This document shows positions 50,094 through 60,659 of a DNA stretch of 64,000 nucleotides, piece by piece. Source of the stretch: Candidatus Latescibacterota bacterium (GTDB taxonomy: Bacteria; Latescibacterota; UBA2968); NCBI GenBank assembly GCA_965222605.1, contig OZ244960.1, positions 3,488,001 to 3,552,000 of the forward strand. The letters are read 5' to 3'. The position numbers and the translations under genes were made by a program. The notes below the pieces were generated by a model that worked only from the letters and a program-made list of their open reading frames with translations, had not been told where the DNA came from and did no database searches. Within the stretch, counting starts at the first letter, position 1, and the number at the start of each line of letters is the position of its first letter.

Positions 50094-51026
50094 GTGATTA
50101 AAATAGGTATTTACGGCGATACCGGGATGGTGGGGCAGGAACTCCAAAAGGTTTTGAAACACCACGATCGGGCAAATATCGCGTTTCGACAAAATTCAAG
50201 GCGTCGGGAAGGCAATTTGGCCGATTGCGATGTGGTGTTTTTGGCGACAAAAGATCCCGAGTCGATGACGTTTGCGCCCGAGGCACTGGCCGCAGGTGCG
50301 AGGGTTATCGATATGAGCGGTGCTTTTCGGTTGCCTAAAGAGGCGTTTGAAAAGGGTTATGGTCTGGCGCATACGGCGTCTGAGTTGCTCAAAGAAGCGG
50401 TTTATGGCATGCCCGCTTTGTTTGCCAAACATATTGCCAAAGCGCGTTTGGTGGGCAATCCGGGTTGTTATCCCACGAGTGTTATTTTGTCTCTGTATCC
50501 CCTCAAATCACTCGTGCAGGGGGAAGCGACGATTGTGGCGACTTCGGGCAATTCGGGTGCGCGAGCCGAGGTGGAGGATGTGTCAAATGAGATTGCGTAT
50601 AGCTATGGCAAGCGACACAAACATGTGCCCGAGATGGTGTTGTATTCGGGTTTTGAAGTGAATTTTACGCCTATTGTGCTGCGGTCGGTATTTGCGGGTA
50701 TCAATGCAAATATTCGAATAGAACTGGTTGATGAGTTGAAAGCGCTGGCGAATGAAGATGCCGCAGCGCAGTTGCGCGAGACCATTGCAAGTGCTTATGG
50801 CTCGGACGATCTGGTGCAGGTGGTCGAAGATTCCGACGCGCATTGGTGGGGTACGCGCGATGTGGTGGATACGCATAAACTGATTATCAAGTTGGGCGTT
50901 GATGACGGCTTTGCTTATATCAATGCCCTGGAAGACAATTTGCAAAAAGGCGCGGCTACTCAGGCTGTGGAAAATATGAATTTGATGCAGGCTCTGCCGC
51001 GGCTTTTTGGGATTACCAAAACGTGA
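50094..51026 (+). CDS. argC: N-acetyl-gamma-glutamyl-phosphate reductase
   Basis: GDTGMVG, IDMSGAFR, GNPGCYPT, DNLQKGAATQAVENMN. Confidence 0.9.
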   Translation: MIKIGIYGDTGMVGQELQKVLKHHDRANIAFRQNSRRREGNLADCDVVFLATKDPESMTFAPEALAAGARVIDMSGAFRLPKEAFEKGYGLAHTASELLKEAVYGMPALFAKHIAKARLVGNPGCYPTSVILSLYPLKSLVQGEATIVATSGNSGARAEVEDVSNEIAYSYGKRHKHVPEMVLYSGFEVNFTPIVLRSVFAGINANIRIELVDELKALANEDAAAQLRETIASAYGSDDLVQVVEDSDAHWWGTRDVVDTHKLIIKLGVDDGFAYINALEDNLQKGAATQAVENMNLMQALPRLFGITKT

Positions 51027-51928
51027 TGGAGAAAACCTTGGATCACAATATAGTTCAAAAGGCTGAGATTTTGATTGAGGCATTTCCGTATATTCGCGCA
51101 TTTCGCAACAAAATTATTGTGGTGAAATACGGCGGTAGCACACAGCCCGAAGAGGGCGGTTCCCCTACTATAATGGCCGATCTGGTGTTTATGGAGACCG
51201 TGGGTATGCGTCCTGTGGTTGTACACGGCGGGGGGAAGGATATTAACAGGCGTTTGGAAGCGTCGGGTATTGAATCGGAATGGGTCAATGGATTGCGGGT
51301 GACCGATAAGGCGTCGATGCAGGTAGTGGAAGATACGTTGTTTGGCGAGGTGAACAGGCGCATTGTCGATGGTCTGGAGATACTCGATGGACGCGCGCGC
51401 GGTATGTCGGCCAAAGACGCTGGCGTGATGTATGTGACGCGGCATTTTGCGACAGTAGAGAAGGAAGGCGGGAAGACCAGAGAGATCGATATCGGCTATG
51501 TTGGCGATGTCGCCCGAATTGATCCCGAACCCATCCGTTTGGCCTGTGAAGAAGGCATGATTCCCGTTATTTCGCCTGTTGGATTGGGGCCAGAGGGCGA
51601 GAGTTATAATGTGAATGCCGATACAGCGGCGGGTGAGATTGCGAGGGCACTGCAAGCGGAGAAGCTGGTGTTTTTAACGGATGTGAATGGCATTCGACGG
51701 TTTCCGGATGATCCGGATTCGCAGATTTCAACACTACATGTCAATGACGTGGAGATGCTGATTGAGAGAGGTATTGCCAGCGGGGGGATGATTCCCAAGT
51801 TGCGCGCGTGTGAACGTTCTGTGAAGGGCGGTGTTCACAAGACGCATATTATTGATGGCAGTGTTCCGCACGCGCTTTTGCTGGAGATTTTTACCCGCGA
51901 GGGTATTGGAACGCAAATTGTGCAGTAG
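51023..51928 (+). CDS. argB: Acetylglutamate kinase
   Basis: VVKYGG, VHGGG, GLRVTD, NVNADT, GGMIPK. Confidence 0.95.
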   Translation: MMEKTLDHNIVQKAEILIEAFPYIRAFRNKIIVVKYGGSTQPEEGGSPTIMADLVFMETVGMRPVVVHGGGKDINRRLEASGIESEWVNGLRVTDKASMQVVEDTLFGEVNRRIVDGLEILDGRARGMSAKDAGVMYVTRHFATVEKEGGKTREIDIGYVGDVARIDPEPIRLACEEGMIPVISPVGLGPEGESYNVNADTAAGEIARALQAEKLVFLTDVNGIRRFPDDPDSQISTLHVNDVEMLIERGIASGGMIPKLRACERSVKGGVHKTHIIDGSVPHALLLEIFTREGIGTQIVQ

Positions 51929-51951
51929 CTTTTTAACCATAAGGACTTAGC

Positions 51952-53151
51952 ATGACGACTCGAGAAATTATTGATTTAGAACAGAAGTATATTCTGCAAA
52001 CCTATGGACGGCCCGAGTTTGTGCTGGAAAAGGGCGATGGGGTCCATATTGTGGATACGGACGGCAAGCATTATCTCGATTTTGTGAGTGGCTTGTCTGT
52101 CAATGCTCTGGGATATAATAATTCGATGATTCAAGAGGCTGCCAACGCGCAGTTGGGTAAGTTGATCCATGTTTCAAATTTGTATCACACGATTCCGGCG
52201 CCTCAACTGGCACAGTTGTTGTGCGAGCATTCGTTTGCAGATCGCGTGTTTTTCTGCAATAGCGGAACAGAGTCTATCGAGGCTGCGCTGAAGTTTGCGC
52301 GCAAGTGGGGGTACAAGAATTTTGAAGATGCGCCCAAGAATAAAATTATTGCGATGAATAATTCTTTTCACGGGCGAACGTATGGCGGGATTTCTGCGAC
52401 GGGTCAACCCAGATATCATCAGGGATTTGGGCCGATGTTGCCGGGTATTGAATTTGCCGATTTGAACGATTTGGAGTCGGTGGAGAAGCTGGCAGATGGC
52501 CAGACGGTGGCTGTTTTGCTGGAGCCGCTACAGGCAGAAGGGGGTATTCACTCGTCAGATCCGGAATTTTTGGAAGGTGTGCGCGCCCTGTGCGATGAGA
52601 TGAAGATGTTGTTGATTTTCGACGAGATTCAGTGTGGTTTGGGGCGGGCTGGTTCGCTGTTTTGCTACGAGCAGTACGGTGTGGCGCCAGATATTATGAC
52701 GCTTGCCAAACCCTTAGCTGGCGGGTTGCCGATTGGGGCGACACTTGTGACGCAGGATGTGGCCGATGCGGTGGAGCCGGGGGATCATGCCGCGACGTTT
52801 GGGGCGCATCCCGTGTCTTGTGCGGTGGCGATTGAGGTATTTAAGACGATATCTGATCCCGCATTTATTGCGGGTATAGAAGAGAAGAGTGCGTATTTGT
52901 TTGGGAAGCTGAATGCTTTGAAAGACAAACACGCCGGGAAGGTGACGGAAATTCGCGGCAGTGGGTTGATCGCGGGCGCGGTGCTGAAAGAGATATCGGC
53001 GGCGGATGCGATGAATGCGATTCGGGAAAATAATGATATTTTAGTATGTGTCGCAGGGCCAGATGTGGTGCGCTTTTTGCCACCACTGGTGATTGAGAAA
53101 GAACATATTGATGCGGCTGTGAATGCGCTGGATGAGTTTTTGTCCGATTAG
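51952..53151 (+). CDS. argD: Acetylornithine aminotransferase
   Basis: FCNSGTE, SFHGRT, FDEIQCGLGR, AKPLAGGLPIG. Confidence 0.95.
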   Translation: MTTREIIDLEQKYILQTYGRPEFVLEKGDGVHIVDTDGKHYLDFVSGLSVNALGYNNSMIQEAANAQLGKLIHVSNLYHTIPAPQLAQLLCEHSFADRVFFCNSGTESIEAALKFARKWGYKNFEDAPKNKIIAMNNSFHGRTYGGISATGQPRYHQGFGPMLPGIEFADLNDLESVEKLADGQTVAVLLEPLQAEGGIHSSDPEFLEGVRALCDEMKMLLIFDEIQCGLGRAGSLFCYEQYGVAPDIMTLAKPLAGGLPIGATLVTQDVADAVEPGDHAATFGAHPVSCAVAIEVFKTISDPAFIAGIEEKSAYLFGKLNALKDKHAGKVTEIRGSGLIAGAVLKEISAADAMNAIRENNDILVCVAGPDVVRFLPPLVIEKEHIDAAVNALDEFLSD

Positions 53152-54398
53152 CATTGAACGGTTTTTTCGATTACCTGACCATCACCGCAGTGGATAACGG
53201 CTTTCCATTCTCTGTCATCGTCTCGAACATCTATGCCGCCTTGCCGCCAGTTGGTCTGAAAATGTACGGAAAAGGGTTCGTCATACGCGGTATCGTAGAA
53301 TTTGCCATTCCGATAAAAATCGACATAGCTGATTGTTTCGGGATATAAGCTGGCCAGTCGAAGCCAGCGCTGGCCTCGATATTCCCAATTGGGTTCTAAG
53401 CCCTGGAGGTAATATTGGTCATCAATCGCATCTGTGTCGATTCCTATACCTTCTGCCATCCGGTGTGCAAAAAAGGTGTCTTCCCCAGTGGTGATTCCCC
53501 AGTCGGCGGGAGGCTCCTGTTTGGTCATGTTGTTGTAATATCCCCACGAGGTCTGCGTTTTATAGGCGACCTGGAGTTGACCAATGGCCTGAGAGTCTTC
53601 ATTGCACACGATGGGGCGGTTCAGGTTCCAGCTTTGCACTTCTCGAATCATGTTGTGATATCGCTGCCGCGTGCAGCCGTTTCCGTGAATGAGTATGACG
53701 TCGCTGGCTTCGGCGACTTCCCGGTTGTGATATCCACCGCCGCCGCTGCACCCACAGGGCAAGCCGCCCGATTCTTTTCGCGCGAGATCCAGTAATGCCG
53801 CCATTCCCTCAGGTTCTCGTATAATGGGATGGTTTGCGAATGATCCAATATTCATTTCATTTGCGACTTCTATGATGACATTGGGATATTCTTTTAAAAA
53901 GCGCGAAGCGGTTGTCACGGCATTGCGAATGGCTTTTCCATCTTTTAGCCAGCGCGTTTGCGAACCGTAAAAAAAACTGACGATGACGACCATTCCAACT
54001 GCATCTGCACCCCGGATCAATTTGTCCATCCGATCGGCGTAATCGGCGTCGAGGTTCAGGCCGTCTGCACCAAAGGGATTGTTTTGTATTGTGTGATTTG
54101 GGGTTGTAAAACACGGGCCTCCACCTTGAAATCCGGTTGTGAATGCGCGCAATCCATAGCGATACCATTCGGGCAATGCCGCAATGAGACGCTCGGTATT
54201 GGCTGTGGCATCCCATTCGCTGTGGCCCCACCGCGCAAAGCGGTCGGGTTCCATCGCGTCGTCAAAAATACCCTGGATAAATCGCGCGTTCATTAGCAGT
54301 CCATGGACACTGGCTCTCGTCCCATCAATGTCTGAATACGTCACCTTCTCGTTTATCAGAAATTTTTCGCCTTCAATTGTCAGGTGTGTTTTTGCCAT
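53148..54398 (-). CDS. Hypothetical protein, possible glycoside-hydrolase-like TIM barrel
   Basis: 416-aa ORF with IEVANE and IVCNED glutamates placed as in clan GH-A; family uncertain. Confidence 0.55.
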   Translation of the reverse strand: MAKTHLTIEGEKFLINEKVTYSDIDGTRASVHGLLMNARFIQGIFDDAMEPDRFARWGHSEWDATANTERLIAALPEWYRYGLRAFTTGFQGGGPCFTTPNHTIQNNPFGADGLNLDADYADRMDKLIRGADAVGMVVIVSFFYGSQTRWLKDGKAIRNAVTTASRFLKEYPNVIIEVANEMNIGSFANHPIIREPEGMAALLDLARKESGGLPCGCSGGGGYHNREVAEASDVILIHGNGCTRQRYHNMIREVQSWNLNRPIVCNEDSQAIGQLQVAYKTQTSWGYYNNMTKQEPPADWGITTGEDTFFAHRMAEGIGIDTDAIDDQYYLQGLEPNWEYRGQRWLRLASLYPETISYVDFYRNGKFYDTAYDEPFSVHFQTNWRQGGIDVRDDDREWKAVIHCGDGQVIEKTVQC

Positions 54399-54407
54399 AT
54401 TTTCTCC

Positions 54408-55838
54408 TTAACGTTCGTAGAGGTATTCGGTGTAATCCCACTCGTAATCCCGGGAACTTCCCCATGCGCTTTCCGCATAGTATTTTTCTATAATTTCGTC
54501 GTGTTTTCGAGTGAGTTGATGCAGGTTTTCGGGATGTCTCAGGGCGTCGTTGGTTTCTTTTTGCCAGGTCTCAAGGCGATTTTTTAATGCCTGCAATATG
54601 TCGTGGTATGCCCGGTTATTGGATAGATTTTCAAATTCCCATGGGTCGTTTTGCAGGTCGTAGAGTTCGTATTCGGGTGGTCGTTCATAGAGTTCATAAG
54701 CTGCCTGAATGCGCTTATCTGCACCGGAAATTTCCTCTTGTGTCGCGCCGGATGCCCACCTTTGCGTTGTGTCCGAATATCCCAGCGCGCTCGGGCTTGG
54801 GCGGTCTTGTAGCAGGTTGGCGATGAGTTTGTATCGTTCATTTCGTACAGCGCGCTGTGGGAAATACGTGACGACGCCACCGCTTCCCCATTCGGCATAT
54901 AGATGGGTTCGCCATTCAATTTTTTGTCCTTTTAATAGGGGCGCAAAGGATGCACCTGCCACACCTATAGGACACGCAATTCCCAAAATATCTGTCGCGG
55001 TTGGCAAGATGTCGATCTGCGATACCAATTCGTCGCGTGTGTGACCTTCGAGGCTGATACCGGGGCATCGCACGATTAGCGGGATGTGCAATCCGCCCTC
55101 GTAGATCGATGTTTTTCCCCGAGAAAATTGGGCGCCGTGATCGGTTGTAAAAATCACGAGTGTATTTTCGGTTTTGCCCAGTGCTCTCAGTTGTTCTAAA
55201 ACCAGTCCTATGCCCGTATCCAATCTGGACATGCAGTTGTAATAGTCTGCGGTTTCCTCTCTGAGGCGGGGGGTATCAATACCGACAAATGGGAGCGGTT
55301 CGACGTCTTTGCCTTCCTGCGGTTGTGCTGGTACGCCGAATTGTTGGCGGTGGAATGGCAGGTGCGCGTCGGGAAAACTGATTTGTAAAAAGAATGGCTC
55401 GTCTGATGGTTTCATAAATTCACCGGCAATTTCGGCCATTTTGCGTACGTCGCGGTTGGCAAAACTGATAAATTCTTTCGGATTCCACCACAGGTCGTAG
55501 GGAAAAGCGTCTTCGGGGTTGATGTGCAGTTTGCCGATGAGCCCGGTTCTGTATCCTTCGTTTTTTAACAGGCGGGGCATATTGGGAAATGTATCGTACA
55601 GTGCGTATTTGTGGGTTGCCAACCCGAACTGGCCATTTTGATGTGGATATAATCCGGTTAGAATACTCGCCCGGCCCGGGCTGCACACGGCCTGCGTCGC
55701 ATACATATTTTCAAATCGCACGCCTTCAGAGGCCAGCTTGTCTATATGCGGTGTTTGTGCATAAGGGTCGCCATAACAACCGATGTGCTGCCCGTTGTCT
55801 TCCGAAATTATGAGCAGGATATTGTACCTGGATGACAT
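54408..55838 (-). CDS. Sulfatase (N-sulfoglucosamine sulfohydrolase-like)
   Basis: CSPGRASILTG, GKLH, TTDHG. ATG 55838 follows an AAGGAG RBS. Confidence 0.9.
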   Translation of the reverse strand: MSSRYNILLIISEDNGQHIGCYGDPYAQTPHIDKLASEGVRFENMYATQAVCSPGRASILTGLYPHQNGQFGLATHKYALYDTFPNMPRLLKNEGYRTGLIGKLHINPEDAFPYDLWWNPKEFISFANRDVRKMAEIAGEFMKPSDEPFFLQISFPDAHLPFHRQQFGVPAQPQEGKDVEPLPFVGIDTPRLREETADYYNCMSRLDTGIGLVLEQLRALGKTENTLVIFTTDHGAQFSRGKTSIYEGGLHIPLIVRCPGISLEGHTRDELVSQIDILPTATDILGIACPIGVAGASFAPLLKGQKIEWRTHLYAEWGSGGVVTYFPQRAVRNERYKLIANLLQDRPSPSALGYSDTTQRWASGATQEEISGADKRIQAAYELYERPPEYELYDLQNDPWEFENLSNNRAYHDILQALKNRLETWQKETNDALRHPENLHQLTRKHDEIIEKYYAESAWGSSRDYEWDYTEYLYER

Positions 55839-55943
55839 TTTGAACTCCTTTCTGAACTTAGAACCAAATTGACACAACGATTGCGATACCCTATCTTTTT
55901 GATCCTCGTTCTCCGTTTACTCACCTTTTGAGGAATAACCGAT

Positions 55944-57659
55944 ATGATCAAGGGTTTTGCTCCACAACTCGCCTTTTTGTTGGGAAAGCGCACAAACCGG
56001 CAAAATCTCGGTGTGCTGTTCAAACTTCTGCTGACTTTTTCTCTGATTGTTGCGGTTTTCAGTGTTCTTTTTCATGTGATCATGGTCAGAGAGGGCCAGG
56101 AGTTTAGCTGGTTTACGGGTCTTTATTGGACGCTTACAGTCATGTCAACATTGGGATTTGGCGATATTATCTTCCATGGAGATTTGGGGCGTTTATTCTC
56201 TATGCTGGTTTTGCTGACGGGCATGATTTTTCTGTTTATTGTTCTGCCGTTTACCTTTATTCAATTTTTTTATGCTCCGTGGATTCAAACCCAATCCGAA
56301 GCCCGCACACCGCGTCAGTTGCCCCGCAGCACGCGAGAGCATGTTTTGTTGACCCACCATGACCCCATTGCACAATCTCTTATCAACAAGCTGGATCGCT
56401 ACCACTATTCCTACTATCTCCTCACGTCAGATGTGGCGCATGCACAGCAGCTTTACGATCAGGGTATCAATGTTGTGGTTGGGGATTTAGACAACCCGGA
56501 TACCTTCAAGAAAATGCAGATTGAGCAAGCGGCTCTCGTTGCGGCAACAGATACCGACCCGATTAACACCCATATTGCATTTACTGTGCGCGATCTCAAT
56601 CCCACTGTGCCGATTATCGCCAGGGCAGATGACCCCAATTCCGTAGATATTCTCGAACTTGCGGGATGTACCCGTGTTCTTCAACTTGAAAAAATGCTCG
56701 GCGCATCTCTTGCGCGACGCACTCAAAGCGGGGATACCGCAGCGCATGTGATTGGTCAGTACGGAGACCTGTTCATCGCCGAGACCACGGCGGCCCATAC
56801 GCCCCTTGTGGGCAAAACTCTTGAGGAAATTGGCCTGCATAGAGAACTGGGCCTGACGGCTGTCGGTGTTTGGGAGCGTGGTATTTTTCAATCGGCATTG
56901 CCCGATACCCGTATTGGTCCCCACACTGTGCTGGTCATGACGGGGACACAGAGTCAATTGGATAGGTTTAACGAGTTGTTCTGTATCTACAAAGTTTCGA
57001 ATGTCCCCGTTGTCATCATTGGCGGTGGCGGCGTTGGCATGGAGGCTGCGCGCACCCTTGTCGAACAAGGGCTCGACTATCGGATTGTGGAAAAAGATGC
57101 GGATCAGGCTCAGAGGCTCGACAATTGCATTGTGGGAGATGCCGCGGATTTTGAGGTTTTAAAAAAAGCCGATATCATGAATGCGTTGACGGTTATTATC
57201 ACCACGCACGATGATGATATCAATGTTTATCTCACGGTTTATTGCCGAAGATTAAATCCGGAAATTCAGATTATTAGTCGCGTCACGCAAGAGAGGAATA
57301 TCGCGACTCTGCACCGTGCAGGCGCGGATTTTGTTATGTCTTATGCGTCGATGGGCGCAGATGCTATTTTTAATTTCTTAAAACGCAGTGATACTCCGAT
57401 GGTGGCCGAGAGCCTAAGCGTGTTTAGCGAGGATATCAGCGTGTTTAGAATGAAGATACCCTCTTCACTTATTGGAAAAACGATTGCAAATTCAGCCATT
57501 CGAAAAAATACGGGATGCACGGTTATTGCAGTTAATGACAACCACGAAATGCAGCTCAATCCCAATCCCAATGAACCGCTGCCAAGAGCGGCGGAGATCC
57601 TCCTTATTGGCAGTACGGAAGGGGAAAAGCGATTTTTGGATATGTATGTTCATGTGTGA
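55944..57659 (+). CDS. Potassium channel with tandem TrkA-N/TrkA-C (RCK) domains
   Basis: MSTLGFGD pore, IIGGGGVG, repeated RCK domains. Confidence 0.9.
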   Translation: MIKGFAPQLAFLLGKRTNRQNLGVLFKLLLTFSLIVAVFSVLFHVIMVREGQEFSWFTGLYWTLTVMSTLGFGDIIFHGDLGRLFSMLVLLTGMIFLFIVLPFTFIQFFYAPWIQTQSEARTPRQLPRSTREHVLLTHHDPIAQSLINKLDRYHYSYYLLTSDVAHAQQLYDQGINVVVGDLDNPDTFKKMQIEQAALVAATDTDPINTHIAFTVRDLNPTVPIIARADDPNSVDILELAGCTRVLQLEKMLGASLARRTQSGDTAAHVIGQYGDLFIAETTAAHTPLVGKTLEEIGLHRELGLTAVGVWERGIFQSALPDTRIGPHTVLVMTGTQSQLDRFNELFCIYKVSNVPVVIIGGGGVGMEAARTLVEQGLDYRIVEKDADQAQRLDNCIVGDAADFEVLKKADIMNALTVIITTHDDDINVYLTVYCRRLNPEIQIISRVTQERNIATLHRAGADFVMSYASMGADAIFNFLKRSDTPMVAESLSVFSEDISVFRMKIPSSLIGKTIANSAIRKNTGCTVIAVNDNHEMQLNPNPNEPLPRAAEILLIGSTEGEKRFLDMYVHV

Positions 57660-57668
57660 AATGAATAC

Positions 57669-58148
57669 CTACTCGTCTGCGATACTTCGATACTTCCCCC
57701 CATAATAGAGCAGTGGATTTCCCTCTCCTAATTCTCCCGCCAGTATTTCTCCTACAAACATATCGTGATCGCCTGCTGGCAAGATATTCACCAGCTTGCA
57801 GTCGAGATATCCCAGTGTTCCTTCCAAAATCGGCGCCCCTGTTTTGCTTTCGCGCAATGCCAGATCGGAAAAATTCTTTGGTCCCGGCACGGCAAATCGG
57901 TTGGATAAATGTTCCTGTTCTCGGGTCAGGATGTTGATTGCATAGTACTGTCCGTCAGATAAGGCGCTGTGCATGGTGGCCGATTTATCAACCGATACCA
58001 CAACGAGCGGTGGATCCAGCGATAAAGACATGACGGCATTGGCCGTCATGCCGGTTATGTCGCCATTTTTGTATCGCGTGGTGACGACGGTGACACCGGT
58101 TGTAAACTGCCCCATTATATCTCGTTGCAGCCGTGAATCAAATGCCAT
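57669..58148 (-). CDS. Flavin reductase-like protein
   Basis: FTTGVTVVT, SLDPPLV, AGDH..FVGE, PLLY..GKY. Confidence 0.9.
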   Translation of the reverse strand: MAFDSRLQRDIMGQFTTGVTVVTTRYKNGDITGMTANAVMSLSLDPPLVVVSVDKSATMHSALSDGQYYAINILTREQEHLSNRFAVPGPKNFSDLALRESKTGAPILEGTLGYLDCKLVNILPAGDHDMFVGEILAGELGEGNPLLYYGGKYRSIADE

Positions 58149-58159
58149 AGATCCTCCTT

Positions 58160-59338
58160 TTACCAATCCCCCACACTGCCATCGGGATAAAATACCCGCT
58201 GTAACACTTCCTGTTCAAATGGATGTTTTGCAACTTCGGATTCGTCAATTTCTATGCCGAGTCCGGGGGCGTGCCACGGTTTTACTGTGCGGCCATTTTT
58301 ATTAACTGTATAACTTTCTGATACCACATCGTAGCGCCAGGGGACATCGGCGTGTACTGCTTCGCAGATGATGTACGATGGCGTGGCAAAGCCGAAGGCA
58401 AGGGAGGCCGCTGTGCTTACCGGTCCCTGGGGATTGTGCGGTGCGATTGCAATGCGATAGCATTCAGCCATTGCTGCTATGCGCCGGGCTTCACTTAGTC
58501 CACCGCAGTGGGTTATATCGGGTTGGATTACGCTGCATGCGCGCAGTTCAAATAATTCGCGGAAGTGGTGTTGAGAGACCAGGCGTTCGCCGGTTGCTAT
58601 TGGTGTGCTCACGGCGTTTTGGACCGCCGCGATATCCGCCATGGTTTCCGGCCAGCAGGGTTCTTCAAAGAAGTAGAGGCCATAGGGTTCAAGCGCGCGA
58701 GCAAACCGAATGCCCATTCGGGGCGATGGGCGGGCGTGGCAGTCAACCATGATGTCTATTTCAGGTCCTGCGGATTCGCGCATCGCGCTTACACAGGCTT
58801 CGGCGTAGTGAATCGGCGTTAGTCCTTCGATGGGCATCGTGGGTGGCACGGCCATGGATTTGAATGCGGTAAATCCGTCTTCTACTGCTTGCAGGGCCAG
58901 TTCGCCAAATCGCTTTGCATCTTTTGGGTGGGTTTCGTAGAACAATTCCATTTTTCCCCCGCCCAGATGGCAATAGGTGCGGATGTAATCGCGTACAGGC
59001 CCGCCCCAGAGTTCAAAACACGGTACGCCGTGTATTTTGCCCAGGATATCCCACAGCGCGATGTCAATGCCGCTGATTGCCGTGGCGCGTACAATACCAT
59101 TGCCGTGCCAGAAGTGCTGGCGGTACATGATTTGCCACAGGTGTTCAATGCGTCGGGGGTCTTCGCCGATCAATAGTGTTGACAGGTCTTCAATCGCGCC
59201 GACGACGGACCGCGTGTGCCACTCCAATGTCGCTTCGCCCCAACCCCACAGGCCGTCTTGATCGGTCAGGATTTTTACAAAGATCCAATTTCGCATGCGC
59301 GCATGACATACCAGTGTTTCTACACCTGTGATTTTCAT
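58160..59338 (-). CDS. dgoD: Galactonate dehydratase family (mandelate racemase/MLE superfamily)
   Basis: [36 protein letters not shown]-terminal DGSVGDW. Confidence 0.8.
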   Translation of the reverse strand: MKITGVETLVCHARMRNWIFVKILTDQDGLWGWGEATLEWHTRSVVGAIEDLSTLLIGEDPRRIEHLWQIMYRQHFWHGNGIVRATAISGIDIALWDILGKIHGVPCFELWGGPVRDYIRTYCHLGGGKMELFYETHPKDAKRFGELALQAVEDGFTAFKSMAVPPTMPIEGLTPIHYAEACVSAMRESAGPEIDIMVDCHARPSPRMGIRFARALEPYGLYFFEEPCWPETMADIAAVQNAVSTPIATGERLVSQHHFRELFELRACSVIQPDITHCGGLSEARRIAAMAECYRIAIAPHNPQGPVSTAASLAFGFATPSYIICEAVHADVPWRYDVVSESYTVNKNGRTVKPWHAPGLGIEIDESEVAKHPFEQEVLQRVFYPDGSVGDW

Positions 59339-59339
59339 T

Positions 59340-60650
59340 TTACAGCCCCCGCAACCACTGTGCCGATGGCGAGTTGACCGATGCGTAATGTGCGGCGAGG
59401 TCGGCGGTCATGGTTGCGATCATTTCTCGGTGTTCGGGGGCGTCAAACAGGTTGTTCACCTGGTCGGGATCGTTTTGGCGATCAAAGAGTATGGCATCGT
59501 GGCCTTTCACATAGGCCAGTTCGTAATTGGGGGTGAATACGCCAGCTCTGTTCTGGTTGTGATGGATATAACAGACATCATCCCATTCGGTTTCTTCGCC
59601 GCGCAAGAGTGCGGATGCATCTCGTCCCTGCTCGCGTCCACAGGGTTCAAATCCCATGAAGGTCAAGATGGTGGGCATAAAATCGACGGAGCCGACCATG
59701 CGATCTATTCGCGTGCCAGCCGCGATTTTTTCAGGCCAGCGGATCAACATGGGGACGCGATACGCTGTTTCATAGAGTTGATTTTTGCCCATTAATCCGT
59801 GTTCGCCCAGATATTCGCCGTGGTCGGATGTGAAGACTACAATTGTGTTGTCCAGGATTCCCTTTTCGCGTAGTGCATCGAGCATTCTGCCAACGCAGTC
59901 GTCTATGAGTTTGACCATGCCGCAATAGTGGGCCGTGTGTTTGCGTAAGATATCATCTTTCGGAGCCTGTTTTTTGGGTACCCAACTGGGCTGGTTTTCT
60001 TCGTTGCGCGTGTCGGGCAATGGCATGTCTGCGGGATTGTACATGGCGTCGTAGGGTGCGCGTACAGGAAATGGCGGATGGGGATCGGGAATGCTGAGCA
60101 TAAAACAAAATGGGTTTTCGCGATCTCGCGTCAAAAATTCATTGGTTTTTTCGGTTAGCCAGTCTGTTGGATACGTTTTTTCGTCGCCCATGGTTTTGTA
60201 GCTGAATACTGTGGGTTGCACATCGCCCATATCGACATCTTCGATTTTTTTCCAGTGTCCGCGGTTGAACATGTATTCGGCGTCGTCAAAGCCCATTGTG
60301 CGTTCGGGGTGTACCCAGCCGGGGCGCGGGGGACCGTCCAGATGCCATTTGCCGGCGTATCCGGTGTCGTATCCACGGTCTTTTAATGCTTGGGCAAATG
60401 TGATTTCATCGCGGTTGAGGGGGATGTTGTTTTGATATGCACCGTGTACATGTTCGTAGCGTCCGGTGAGGAATACACCTCGGGATGGGGTGCATACGGC
60501 GACGTTGACCATGAAGTTCGTCAAGATTGCGCCTTCGTTTGCAAGGGAATCGATATGGGGCGTATCGACGAGTGTTCCGCCATACGCGCTCAATGTCCAG
60601 CAGCTTTGTTCGTCGGTGTGGATGACGAGGAGATTTGGAGTGTCTGCCAT
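59340..60650 (-). CDS. Sulfatase
   Basis: HTDEQ, CTPSR, GKWHL, TSDHGE. Confidence 0.9.
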   Translation of the reverse strand: MADTPNLLVIHTDEQSCWTLSAYGGTLVDTPHIDSLANEGAILTNFMVNVAVCTPSRGVFLTGRYEHVHGAYQNNIPLNRDEITFAQALKDRGYDTGYAGKWHLDGPPRPGWVHPERTMGFDDAEYMFNRGHWKKIEDVDMGDVQPTVFSYKTMGDEKTYPTDWLTEKTNEFLTRDRENPFCFMLSIPDPHPPFPVRAPYDAMYNPADMPLPDTRNEENQPSWVPKKQAPKDDILRKHTAHYCGMVKLIDDCVGRMLDALREKGILDNTIVVFTSDHGEYLGEHGLMGKNQLYETAYRVPMLIRWPEKIAAGTRIDRMVGSVDFMPTILTFMGFEPCGREQGRDASALLRGEETEWDDVCYIHHNQNRAGVFTPNYELAYVKGHDAILFDRQNDPDQVNNLFDAPEHREMIATMTADLAAHYASVNSPSAQWLRGL

Positions 60651-60659
60651 TTTTTCTCC